64,000 bases of DNA from Mobula hypostoma (Eukaryota), in the NCBI RefSeq assembly GCF_963921235.1, contig NC_086109.1, positions 35,094,001 to 35,158,000 of the forward strand. The letters are read 5' to 3'. The first letter of the stretch is position 1, and every line of letters begins with the position of its first letter. The notes beneath the pieces are model-generated. The model saw nothing but the letters and a program-made list of their open reading frames with translations. It searched no databases and was not told the origin of the DNA. Below are positions 12,961 to 24,349 of the stretch, one piece after another. The position numbers and the translations under genes were made by a program.

Positions 12961-13900
12961 ATGTTCTGTTATAAAACATTAAGCAACTCCAGCAGAAGGA
13001 CATCACGTATTTGAGATTGTGGTTATGAGATGGAATCCTGCATTAGAATATCATTGATCCAAGTTGTTTAATCTTCAACCAAAGAGGCAGATACTGTCTC
13101 ATTAACCTGACTCTAATTTTACTTGGCTCAAATAGTCAGCTGAAGAAATGCCAATTAGCAGCAGTTTTTGGACGTTTTGTGCTATTGAAGTTTGTGACCA
13201 CTGGGGACAGGACTGAGGTGGCAGAGAAATTGGATTCACTTTCAATACCTAACAGCTGCCGGCTGAATTACTATTTATTCTTTCTGTCAAATTTGAGCTT
13301 TAAAAGCAAGAGGATTGTAACAACAGACAATGTGCAGCAAGTCTTCAAAGGTGAATTAATTTAAATTTCAAAAAAGGAGAGCAGAAACAAGGCAAAAAGC
13401 CTTCTGGTTTTTGAAATTATATTTAAATTGCAAATGACTGTAAAATGCCACTGATGAGCTGTTGGCAATTTATTGTTTGATGTCTCTTTAGAATTGTTAG
13501 AGTGTGAATTGTCAACAAAAATAATCACCAAATTGTGATAAAGATATTTACATTTTGGTCGTTATTATGCTATCAAAACATCATAAATCAGTGGGATGAA
13601 GAGCTGATGGTGATACTCAGCTGCTGACTAGGCCTGTGCCTTGACTTTCACAATATTAGTTTCTTGAAAGTCTACAGACCAAGTGAGACCCTGAGCAAGT
13701 TTCAGAATGTTTTGTTTTTGGAAGATTGTTACCCATTTATAACTAAACTGGGAATAGGGAGCTTAACTGGGAGTAGCCTTCAGGTGATCAGGGATTGAAG
13801 TATAAAACAGGAAGGTTAAAATCTGTTTGAAATCTGAGCAACACACATCAAAGTTGCTGGTGAACGCAGCAGGCCAAGCAGCATCTGTAGGAAGAGGTGC

Positions 13901-13936
13901 AGTCGATGTTTCAGGCCGAGACCCTTCGTCAGGACT
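13901..13936 (-). ncRNA. Minimal type I hammerhead ribozyme motif in the PLE 3' UTR
   Basis: Minus strand reads AGUC-CUGACGA-AGG GUCUCGG CCU-GAAA-CA-UC-GACU. CUGANGA and GAAA are intact, with stem I AGUC/GACU, stem II AGG/CCU, an NUH site AUC and a rudimentary stem III. Confidence 0.75.
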
Positions 13937-14227
13937 AACTGAAGGAAGAGTGAGTAAGGGATTTGAAAGTTGGAGGGGGAGGGGGAGATCCAAAATGATA
14001 GGAGAAGACAGGAGGGGGAGGGATAGAGCCAAGAGCTGGACAGGTGATAGGCAAAAGGGGATACGAGAGGATCATGGGACAGGAGGTCCGGGAAGAAAGA
14101 CAAGGGGGGGGGACCCAGAGGATGGGCAAGAGGTATATTCAGAGGGACAGAGGGAGAAAAAAGAGAGTGAGAGAAAGAATGTGCATAAAAATGAGTAACA
14201 GATGGGGTATGAGGGGGAGGTGGGGCC

Positions 14228-15985
14228 TTAGCGGAAGTTAGAGAAGTCGATGTTCATGCCATCAGGTTGGAGGCTACCCAGACGGAATATAAGGTGTTGT
14301 TCCTCCAACCTGAGTGTGGCTTCATCTTTACAGTAGAGGAGGCCGTGGATAGACATGTCAGCATGGGAATGGGATGTGGAATTAAAATGTGTGGCCACTG
14401 GGAGATCCTGCTTTCTCTGGCAGACAGAGCGTAGATGTTCAGCAAAGCGGTCTCCCAGTCTGCGTCGGGTCTCGCCAATATATAAAAGGCCACATCGGGA
14501 GCACCGGACGCAGTATATCACCCCAGTCGACTCACAGGTGAAGTGTTGCCTCACCTGGAAGGACTGTTTGGGGTCCTGAATGGTGGTAAGGGAGGAAGTG
14601 TAAGGGCATGTGTAGCACTTGTTCCGCTTACACGGATAAGTGCCAGGAGGGAGATCAGTGGGGAGAGATGGGGGGGACGAATGGACAAGGGAGTTGCGTA
14701 GGGAGCGATCCCTGCGGAATACAGGGGGGGGGGAGGGAAAGATGTGCTTAGTGGTGGGATCCCGTTGGAGGTGGCGGAAGTTACGGAGAATAATATGTTG
14801 GACCCGGAGGCTGGTGGGGTGGTAGGTGAGGACCAGGGGAACCCTATTCCTAGTGGGGTGGCGGGAGGATGGAGTGAGAGCAGATGTACGTGAAATGGGG
14901 GAGATGCGTTTAAGAGCAGAGTTGATAGTGGAGGAAGGGAAGCCCCTTTCTTTAAAAAAGGAAGACATCTCCCTCGTCCTAGAATGAAAAGCCTCATTCT
15001 GAGAGCAGATGCGGCGGAGACGGAGGAATTGCGAGAAGGGGATGGCGTTTTTGCAAGAGACAGGGTGAGAAGAGGAATAGTCCAGATAGCTGTGAGAGTC
15101 AGTAGGCTTATAGTAGACATCAGTGGATAAGCTGTCTCCAGAGACAGAGACAGAAAGATCTAGAAAGGGGAGGGAGGTGTCGGAAATGGACCAGGTAAAC
15201 TTGAGGGCAGGGTGAAAGTTGGAGGCAAAGTTAATAAAGTCAATGAGTTCTGCGTGCGTGCAGGAAGCAGCGCCGATGCAGTCGTCGATGTAGCGAAGGA
15301 AAAGTGGGGGACAGATACCAGAATAGGCACGGAACATAGATTGTTCCACAAACCCAACAAAAAGGCAGGCATAGCTAGGACCCATACGGATGCCCATAGC
15401 TACACCTTTAGTTTGGAGGAAGTGGGAGGAGCCAAAGGAGAAATTATTAAGAGTAAGGACTAATTCCGCTAGACAGAGCAGAGTGGTGGTAGAGGGGAAC
15501 TGATTAGGTCTGGAATCCAAAAGGAAGCGTAGAGCTTTGAGACCTTCCTGATGGGGGATGGAAGTATATAAGGACTGGACATTCATGGTGAAAATAAAGT
15601 GGTGGGGGCCAGGGAACTTAAAATCATCGAAAAGTTTAAGGGCGTGAGAAGTGTCACGAACATAGGTCGGAAGGGATTGAACAAGGGGTGATAAAACAGT
15701 GTCGAGGTATGCAGAAATGAGTTCGGTGGGGCAGGAGCAAGCTGAGACAATAGGTCGGCCAGGACAGGCAGGTTTGTGGATCTTGGGTAGGAGGTAGAAA
15801 CGGGAAGTGCGGGGTGTGGGAACTATAAGGTTGGTAGCAGTGGATGGGAGATCCCCTGAGCGGATAAAGTCGGTGATGGTGTGGGAGACAATGGCCTGGT
15901 GCTCCTTAGTGGGGTCACGATCGAGGGGTAAATAAGAGGAGGTATCCGCGAGTTGTCGCTGTGCCTCGGCAAGGTAGAGGTCAGT
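14228..15985 (-). CDS. Partial PLE reverse transcriptase / GIY-YIG endonuclease ORF (no native start)
   Basis: ORF track gives 14228..15586 (452 aa). My manual translation extends it 133 stop-free codons upstream (TDLYLAEAQRQLAD...FIFT). Confidence 0.85.
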   Translation of the reverse strand, partial: TDLYLAEAQRQLADTSSYLPLDRDPTKEHQAIVSHTITDFIRSGDLPSTATNLIVPTPRTSRFYLLPKIHKPACPGRPIVSACSCPTELISAYLDTVLSPLVQSLPTYVRDTSHALKLFDDFKFPGPHHFIFTMNVQSLYTSIPHQEGLKALRFLLDSRPNQFPSTTTLLCLAELVLTLNNFSFGSSHFLQTKGVAMGIRMGPSYACLFVGFVEQSMFRAYSGICPPLFLRYIDDCIGAASCTHAELIDFINFASNFHPALKFTWSISDTSLPFLDLSVSVSGDSLSTDVYYKPTDSHSYLDYSSSHPVSCKNAIPFSQFLRLRRICSQNEAFHSRTREMSSFFKERGFPSSTINSALKRISPISRTSALTPSSRHPTRNRVPLVLTYHPTSLRVQHIILRNFRHLQRDPTTKHIFPSPPPVFRRDRSLRNSLVHSSPPSLPTDLPPGTYPCKRNKCYTCPYTSSLTTIQDPKQSFQVRQHFTCESTGVIYCVRCSRCGLLYIGETRRRLGDRFAEHLRSVCQRKQDLPVATHFNSTSHSHADMSIHGLLYCKDEATLRLEEQHLIFRLGSLQPDGMNIDFSNFR

Positions 15986-16645
15986 AGTTTAACTCCAAAG
16001 CCAAACAAATCAGTTTGAATATTAATGAAAAGAGTTAATATTCATTTTGCCTCTTGTGCCAATCTGGCAATCAATAAGATCATGCAAGTTCATTTACATC
16101 AGTGCCACTTTCCCACACTGACCCCTTAATTCTCTGAATATATAATTATCTATTGATCTATGTTTTGAATATTCAGTAACTGAAACTCTAGCACTTCTGG
16201 GTGGAAAACTTGTTGGTCTCTGGGTGAATAAATTCATCTTATTTCAGTCCTGAGAGATCTACTCTTTATTTTGAAGTTGTTTTTTTTTTGTTTTAAAGAT
16301 CCAAGCAGTTGAAACACATGCATCTTTCTTGGTAAGCATCTGAAAAATCATAATTGTCTCAATAAAACACCACTTACTCTTCCTAGCTCTCGGGAGCACA
16401 GCCCGCTTAATGTGCCAAATATACCATCACAGGAATCAATTTAGTGAACCATTGTTGCAATCTCCCTTTGGCAGGTATGCCTACCTCATTCATTATTCCA
16501 TTTGTAATCTCATCAGGACTGTATCTAATCAGAGCACAGTATCTCTACTCTTGTACTTAAGTTGTTTTAAAATATACAGCAACATACCATTTGCCTTCCT
16601 AATTCCACCCTTTGTGTTCAAAGTTTATTATCTAAGAATTTATAC

Positions 16646-16913
16646 GGGTCGGCTGGTGGCGCAGTGACATCAGCGCCGGACTCCGGAGCGAAGGTTTCCG
16701 AGTTCGAAACCAGTCGGGCCGCTCCTGGACACACTTTCTACCCATGCCGGATTGAGTGTCGAGCTCGCAACTCAGCCTCGTAAGAAAAAAAAGACTGCGC
16801 TGTGAGAAGGACGCGGGGGACCACTCACAGAATCTTTCCTCCAAGACAACCTCTTGAAAAAATAGTGGTCGTCGAGGCTCTGGCAGAGTATGGCACACAC
16901 AGGAAAAAAGCAG
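16646..16913 (+). mobile_element. tRNA-derived SINE
   Basis: A box tggcgcagtga (16657) and B box gttcgaaac (16702). CpG-rich, flanked by a tatac duplication, and inserted in a LINE 3' remnant. Confidence 0.7.
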
Positions 16914-18214
16914 TATACAATCCTGAGTTTTGTCTTTTTGCAGGCAGCCACAAGACATCGTAGCATACATTTAAGAAAACCCCCACACGACAAGGCCATC
17001 AAACGTGCAAAACAATTCACACAAGCAACAAAAAGCAAACAGAAAACTCACAGAACATTAAACATTAAGCCACAGTGTCCCTGAAGTGATTCGACAGCCA
17101 GGAGCTGTCGAGATGAGTGAAGCCAGAGCAGGAGCCGATGGCGTGGCCACAGCCACCGAGTCAGCATTGTGTTGATGGCTGCAGGTCCAGTTCCGCATTG
17201 AAGTGCCTCGATCAAATCACTCAAATCATAAAATGCGTTCAGTGCTGCAGTCATTAAACGTCAAACCAGAGCCAAGAGCCACCAAGGCGATCAAACATGG
17301 GGCGCCAAGATTTCTGCACCTTCCACCAGCACCGAGGGAGACCAGTCAAATGCAGGCAGACGGTACTGAACAGCTATGCTTTTTCCACTCTCGTCATGTT
17401 AACTGACTTGTGTACATCAACACCCAATTCCCTCAAAAATCAACATCTTTCAGTATCATGCATTTAAAAAAAAGTCCGCTTTTTTATTTATCTTACAAAT
17501 ATCATTGACTTGTGATATAGATTGAGAATAGCTGGGCCCACTGCACCGAGCACTGTGGTACTCCCCCATCACAGCATCCCAGCTAAAGAATGAAACAACG
17601 CTAAGCCATACTAATATAACATCAACCCCTCCGCCATACTGTGTGCCTTCTATTTACACTCCTCTCAAATGAAGTCTCAGTCATAGCTTTCTGATAGTCC
17701 AAGTACACCAACTTTATCAATTCTGTTTGCTACAACAAAAAGTTTCACAGATTCATCAACCAAATGCCAATTTATTAAATCTATTTTAATTCTGCCCAAA
17801 CCTATCATTCTCTAAGTGTTGCCGTACCAATTCTTTCTTAAGAGATTTCAGTATTTTTGATTTATATAGATGCACAAGAGAGACAACAGCATCAGACCAA
17901 AAGTTAAGACTTATAACATTACCAAATGAAATGCATCAAGCCTGAGGATTGGGTACCTTGCGGAATTCAGCAAAGGAGGATCTATCGTTGATAAGGAAGG
18001 GGAAAGTGGAATTACAGAGCAGGATTATGACAAACATAAGAGCTTCTGTTCATGTATAAAAGGAAAATAATTAGCTGAAGTTAATATTTCTCACTTATAG
18101 ATGAGATGCACGACATTGTGGAGAATAAATACAATGAGTGGCTACTTTATTAGGTACACCTGTACAGCTTCTCGTTAATGTAAATACTTTATCTAATATT
18201 GTTTAATAACTTTT

Positions 18215-18866
18215 ATGGAAAGGTCTCTCCTTAGGGTTGTCAAGGCTGGGGGAGGCAGTGGGGTTAAGCTCCCACTACATAATAAATGCTCCCCGTGGTG
18301 TGTGTCTCAAATAGCCTCTGACAACCAAGTCCAGCTCCTGACCTTCACGTGTGGCTTAGCTACTAAGCCCAGCGGGACCATTTCTACAGGCAGGGGAAGG
18401 GGCAAAGGTGGGTTATTGGAGCTTTAAAACCAGTCCCATCAGGCTAATGAGCCTCCTCAGCCAAGGCTGGCAGATCAATTAGGAGAAGGAAAATTCCACT
18501 GCTTTGCAGCAATGCCCACGCATGGAGAAGGCTTCTGGAGCCCCAATGAAAAATCCAGAGCGGGAGTCCTTAAAGCAGTTCTATGTCTAGTTCAACGCTG
18601 AATGGCAACTCTAGCGACACTGCTGGTGCCAAAATGTATGAGTCTCTTCCGTTCCTTTGGATTCCTCAGTTGCATGAAGAGGAGGAAACTAATGCATAGG
18701 CAACCATATTATACTGACCTGTCTTGCATATTGGCTTGCATATTATACTGACCTGCCTTGCGTACTGGCTTGCATATTATACTGACCTGCCTTGCGTACT
18801 GGCTTGCATGTTATGTTGAGAGCTAGGATGCAATATCCATGGTGGACCACGACCTTCAGAGGACCT
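18215..18866 (+). mobile_element. RTE-related non-autonomous element (structured 5' leader) nested in a Tc1-like element
   Basis: aggagaaggaaaatt at 18481 resembles an RTE/Expander leader motif (from memory). It shares a ~90-bp module with the SINE at 60625 and interrupts the Tc1-like copy relative to 51376-51915. Confidence 0.5.
18705..18812 (+). repeat. 3 x 34-bp tandem repeat
   Basis: catattatactgacctgccttgcgtactggcttg starting at 18705, 18739 and 18773. Confidence 0.9.
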
Positions 18867-19379
18867 CAATCAGCCAATCATGTGGCAGCAGCTCAACGCA
18901 TGAAAACATTTAGGATTCAGTTGTTGCTTACATCAAACATCAGAATGGGGATGAAATGTGATCTAAGTGACTCTGACCATGGAATGCTTGTTGATGCCCA
19001 GACAGAATGGTTTGAGTACCTCAGAAACCACTGATCTCCCAGATTTTCACACAAAACAGTCTCTAGAGTTTACAGAAAATTGTCTAAAAACACAGAAGTA
19101 AAACATGCAGTGAGTGGCAGCTGTGTGGGCAAAAGTGACTTGTTAATGAGGCAGGTCAGCGGAGAATGACCAGACTTGTATAAACTGACAGGAAGATGAC
19201 ACTATCTCAAATAACCACACATTACAATAGTGGTGTGCAGAAGAGCATTTCTGAATGCACAACACGTCAAACCTTGAAGTGAATGGGCTACAACAGAATA
19301 AGCCATGAACATACATTCATTGTCCACTTTAGTAGGTGCAGGAGGTACCTATTAAATTGGCCACTGAATGTATATTGGA

Positions 19380-19790
19380 TTAGATTCAACTTTATTGTCA
19401 TTGTGCCGAGTACAGATCCAAAGCCAATAAAATGCAGTTAACAACTGACCAGAAATGCAAAGAATAGTATTATTTGCAAAATAACTGCGAATAAAAAGTA
19501 AGTGCTATAGCACATAAATCTAACAGTACTGAGACAGTACAATATGGGTGCAATACTGCTTAGCGCTGTGATGTGAGGTTCAGCAGGGTCACAGCCTCAG
19601 GGAAGAAGCTCTTCCTGTGCCTGCTGGTGCGGGAGCGGAGGCTCCTGTAGCTCCTGTAGAGTAAAAAGTCCATGGTTACAGTGAGATACATCCTTGATAA
19701 TGCTTTCCACCCTGCCCAGGCAGCGTTTATGGTAGGTATTCTCAATGGTGGGCAATTGGGTGGAAAACGTGCAGAAAATCTTTTGTAAAT
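19380..19790 (-). mobile_element. Rex1/Babar LINE 3' end
   Basis: RSYRSLRSRTSRHRKSFFPEAVTLLN, followed by a gacaataaagttgaatc tail on minus. Confidence 0.75.
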
Positions 19791-19829
19791 GCCAGTGGAC
19801 CACAAATTGAAAGCAAATTAGGAGCTCCA

Positions 19830-20330
19830 AGATATTCTCATATTCTGTCTGGGCAGCCTCCAACCTGATGGCATGAACATCAATTTGTCTAACTTCTGGT
19901 AATTTCTTTCCCTTCCCCTTCTCTCTTTTTCCATTCCCTATTCTGACTCACCACCTATCTCCTATTCTTTTCTTCACCTGCCCATCATGTTGTTTACATG
20001 CCCTTCCTTAATTCCCTTTCCCCCTACCCCGTGGTCAACTCTCCTTTCCTATCAGATTCCTTCTTCTTCAGACCTTTATCTCTTCCACTTATCTCCTCAC
20101 AGCTTCTCACATCATCCCCCCTCTCCCAGCCACCTATCTTCCCCTCTCTTAGTTTCACTTATTACTTGCCAGCTTGTACTCCTTCCTCTCCCTCCTCCTT
20201 CCTTTGACTTTGTCCCCCTTCCTTTCCAGTCCTGATGAAGGGTCTTGACCCAAACATTGACTGTTTATTCTTTTAGATGTTGCTTTACCTGTGGAGTTCC
20301 TCCAACATTTTCTCTTTGTTGCTCTGGGTA
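19830..20330 (+). mobile_element. Older Neptune-type PLE 3' fragment with degenerate hammerhead
   Basis: ctgggcagcctccaacctgatggcatgaacatc matches the end of the PLE ORF. It is followed by a CT-rich UTR and cagtc-ctgatga-agggtcttgaccc-aaacatt-gactg at 20227-20263. Confidence 0.75.
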
Positions 20331-20519
20331 TTACTAACATAAAAGAGTGCTGGAGAAATTAATAGGGTTGAAAGTCAATAAATCCCCAGGGCAAAATTGC
20401 CTGAATCCTAAGGTTTTGAAGGAGGTGGCTAGGGAGGTTAGCAAATATAACTTTACTGTTTTAAAGAGGAGAGAGAGACTAAACCAAACACTGGACCAAA
20501 TAGCTTGATGTAGGGTAAA

Positions 20520-21070
20520 TTGCTCAAAGTTCAAAGTAAATTTATTATCAAAGTACATCTATGTCCGCATATACTATGCTGAGTTTCATTTTTTGGCAGG
20601 CATTCACAGGAGAAAAAAGAAATACAATAAAATCAATGAAAAATTACACAAAAACAAAGACTGACAAACGACCAATATGCTAAAAAAGATAAACTGCACA
20701 AGTACAAAAATAAATAAATAATACTGAGAACATGAGTTGCAGGATCCTTGACAGTGAGTCCATAGGTTGTGGAATTAATTCACTGTTGGGGTGGGTGAAG
20801 TTATCCACTCTGGTTCAACAGCCTGATGGTTGAGAAGTAATAATTATCATTGAACTTAGTGATGTGGGATCTGAAACTCCTGTACCTCCTTCCTGATGGA
20901 ACGAGTGAGAGGAGAGCATAGTCATGATGGTGGCAGTCCTTGATGATGAATGCTACTTTCTTGTGGCCATGCTCAGTGTAGATGTGTTCAATGGTGGGGA
21001 GTGGACTGTATCGTGCCCCCACTACTTTTTGTAGACTCTTTCAACCTTGGGCGTTGGTGTTTCCACTTAT
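20520..21070 (-). mobile_element. Rex1/Babar LINE 3' end
   Basis: IIKDCHH..LLSLVPSGRRYRSFRS..STIRLLN. The same family hosts the PLE at 8537-9681 (flanks ~8290-8536 and ~9682-9810). Confidence 0.75.
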
Positions 21071-21688
21071 TGTATTATTCCCCAACATGTCGTGCATTTT
21101 ATTCGGTAATGTAATAAGTCTTTTCTTTTGGTCTGATGATGTTGTTTCTCTTGATGGCTACTACTGGACTACTGACCCTGCTGTTTCATTTCTCCCCTAA
21201 ATGTTTGTATATATTCCTGTAAACAATGATGCCAGTGTATGGTTGCAGAATAAGACTGATTCCTCTAAGCTGGCAGGCTTTCTTTCAGTGTATTCAGAAG
21301 AATAAAGGCTGTTTTTTGTCCTGTTTGAAAAACATAACATTTTAGAATAAATTATGATTGCTGTTTCTTTTCCCTGGATTGGACTGATCAGTATCTTAAA
21401 TAATCATTGAAGAAACATGCACAATTGCAAGCCACTTCTCAAATAATCATTTAAACATTGCTACCCAATACCCTCATAAGGATTCTCAAACTTCAAGCGC
21501 TGAGTATAATGGGAAAGTTATTCAGAACTTAAAATCTCTGAGGAAGCAAGATGGCACTAGTGATACATGGCGACATTTTGGGGGCAGGAGATAAAACTTC
21601 ATGAAGATATATTTCTTTTGAGCTACTATTGCTGCAATCTTCAGCCTGTAATTTCCCTTTTAGGAACGTACTTCTGAACCGTCCAAAT

Positions 21689-21769
21689 CAGGGGTTCCCA
21701 ACCTGGGGTCCACAGACCTCTCGATTAATGGTAAGGCTCCCTGACACGAAAAAAGTTTGGGAATCCCTG
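21689..21769. mobile_element. 81-bp hAT/Charlie-type MITE
   Basis: TIRs caggggttcccaacct / agtttgggaatccctg, with 8-bp TSD gtccaaat / gtctaaat. Confidence 0.8.
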
Positions 21770-22399
21770 GTCTAAATGAACTGGTAATTTTACAATTTTT
21801 TTTGTATTTGCAAAGTTTTGTCTTCTTTTCACATTAGTTATTTGTCAGTCTTTGTAGGTTTTCATTGCATTTCTTTGCTCTACTGTGAATGCCTGCAAGA
21901 AAATATATCTCAGAGTAATATGCTGTGACATAAAACATACTTTGATAGTAAATTTACTTTGAACTTGAAGTGGTGTGCCTGATGATACTGTTATTGGAGA
22001 TCGACAGTACATTTGCAAGCTTCACTATAAGGAGAAGCGAAGACAGTAAAAGCTATGTTAACAAGTGAGTTATTATGGGTATTCTGCAGGGAGATTATTG
22101 AGGCTGGACACACTTCTCTTGCAGTATATGTCATAGAATTAGTTGGTACAATGGATCAGCAGTCATCATATGAACAATTCCACTGGGAGAAAAATCATGT
22201 CAACTTTTGTTTTGATTTATTAAGATGGAAATGTTTTGTGCCTTAGGCTGCCTTGCCAATGCATTTTGCAATAATTCAAGTATTTATTTAATGATCATTC
22301 TCTAATTACTGAATTTCAGAGAACCTTCTTACCATTTAATTTATTCTAAGTTTTGGCAGCGATTGGGAAAGTTGATGAAAATATTAGGGAGAATAAAAT

Positions 22400-24345
22400 G
22401 GGATTAGTGTAGGAAAAGTGTAAATGAGTGGGAAAAGATGAAATATGAGGGTAAACTAGCCAATAATATAAAGCAGGATACCAAAAGTTTTTCTCAGTTA
22501 TATAAAGAATAAAAAGAGAGTTGAAAGTTGATATTGGACCACTGGAAAATGATGCTAGTGAGGTAGTAACGGAAGACAAAGAAAAGGCAGATGAATTTAA
22601 TAAGTACTATGCATCAGTCTTCACTGTAGAAGACACTAGCAGAGTGCCAGAGGTCTGTGAGTATCAGGGAGCAGGAGTGAGGGCCATTGCTATTTCAGGG
22701 AAAAGGTGCTCAGAAAACTTAAAGGTCTTCAGCTGGATAAGTCACCTGGATCAGATGGACTACGTCCCAAAGTCCCGAGAGAGGTTGCTGAAGACATAAT
22801 GGATGCATTGGTCATGATATTTTAAGAATTACTTGATTCTGGCATGGTCCTGGAGAACTGCAAGATTGCAAATATCATGCCACTCTTTAAGAAGGGAGGA
22901 AGGCAAAAGAAAGGAAATTATAAGCCAGTTAGCCTAACCTCAGTGGTTGGGAAAGTGTTGGAGTCTATTATTTAGGATGTGGTTTCTGGGTACTTGGAGA
23001 CTAATGATAAAATAAGTCCTAGTCAGCATGGCTTCTGTAAAGGGAAATCTTGCCTGACAAATCTGTTAGAGTTCTTTGAGGAAATAACAAGCAGGGTTGA
23101 CAAAGGAGAAGCAGTGGATGTCATTTATTTGGATTTTCAGAAAGCATTTGATAAGGTGCCACACATGAGGCTGTTTAACAAGATAAAATCATATGGTATT
23201 ATAGGAAAGATACTGGCATGGATAAAGGAATGGCTGACAGGCAGGAGACAGTGAGTGGGAAGAAAGGGGGTCTTTTCTGGTTGGCTGCCAGTAACTAGTG
23301 GTGTTCCTCAGGGGCCAGTACTAGGAGCATTCCTTTGCACATTGTTTGTCAATGATTTGGATGATGGAATTGATGGCATTGTGGCAAAGTTTGTGGATGA
23401 TATAAAGATAGGTGGAAGGGTAGATAGTGCTGAGAAAGCAATGCAAATGCAGCAAGACTTTGACAAATTGGAAGAATGGGCAACAAAGTGGCAGATAGAA
23501 TACAGTGTTGGGAAATATATGATAATGCATTTTGGTAAAAGGAACAATAGTGCAAACTATTATCTAAATGGGGAGAAGGCTGAAATATCAGAGGTGTAGA
23601 TGGACTTAGGAGTCCTCGTGCAAGATTCCCAGACGGTTAATTTACAGGTTGCATCAGTGGTAAAGAGGGCAAATGCAATGTTGGCAGTTATTTCAAGGGG
23701 AATTCAATATTAAGGCAAGGAGATAATGCTGGGACTTTATAAGACACTACTCGGGCTGCACTTGGAGTATTTGGGGCCTATATCTTAGAAAGAATGTGTT
23801 GTCATTGGAGTGAATCCAGAGAAGGTTCACAAGGATGGTTCAGGGAATGAAGGGGTTAACATATGAGGAACCTTTGGCAGTTTGGGGCCCGTACTCACTG
23901 GAATTTAGAAGAATGTGGGGGGATCTCAATGAAACCTACCAAATGTTGAAAGGAACACACATAAAATGCTGGTGGAACGCAGCAGGCCAGGCAGCATCTA
24001 TAGGAAGAAGTACAGTCGACATTTCGGGTCGAGGCCCTTCATCCGGACTAACAGAAAAAAGAGATAGTAAGAGATTTGAAATGTTGAAAGGGCTAGATAG
24101 AGTGGATGTAACAAGGATGTTTCCTATGGTGGGGGTGTCCAGAACTAGAGGGAACAGCCTCAAAGTTGAGGGTCAACCTTTAAGAACAGAGGTAAGGAGG
24201 AATTGTTTAGTCACAGAGTGGTAACTCTTTTGATTGCTCTGCCACAGACTGCCCTGGAGTCCAAGTCCATGAGTATATTTAAAGTGGAAGCTGATAGATT
24301 CCTGATCGGTCAGAGCATCAAATGATGTGGCAAGAAGGCAGGTTT
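22400..24345 (+). mobile_element. Decayed CR1 LINE (ORF2 RT region)
   Basis: Fragments SQHGFCKGKSCLTNL, YLDFQKAFDKVPH, SGVPQG and KFVDD with many stops. Confidence 0.9.
23954..24078 (-). mobile_element. 125-bp PLE 3'-terminal insertion carrying a hammerhead motif, inside a CR1
   Basis: Perfect 13-bp TSD aaatgttgaaagg (23941-23953, 24079-24091). Minus strand reads agtc-cggatga-agggcctcgaccc-gaaa-tgtc-gactg. Confidence 0.85.
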
Positions 24346-24349
24346 ATGG

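Larger units (their letters stand above)
13837..15986 (-). mobile_element. 5'-truncated Neptune-type Penelope-like retroelement with an uninterrupted RT-GIY-YIG frame
   Basis: Frame reads open from 15985 to the stop at 14228 (585 aa). Motifs: FYLLPKIHK..GRPIVS, TMNVQSLYT, GVAMG, RYIDD, Cys linker CKRNKCYTC, VIYCVRCSRCGLLYIGET, RFAEH. Pyrimidine-rich 3' UTR ends in a hammerhead motif. Confidence 0.95.
18132..19370 (+). mobile_element. Non-autonomous Tc1-like DNA transposon (with nested insertion)
   Basis: TA-flanked TIRs caatgagtggctactttattaggtac / gtacctattaaattggccactgaatg, with a decayed transposase HTH segment. Confidence 0.8.

Noticed and set aside
18705..18812. 34-bp repeats as a CRISPR array
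   Set aside because: Head-to-tail copies with no spacers, in a vertebrate context with no cas genes.
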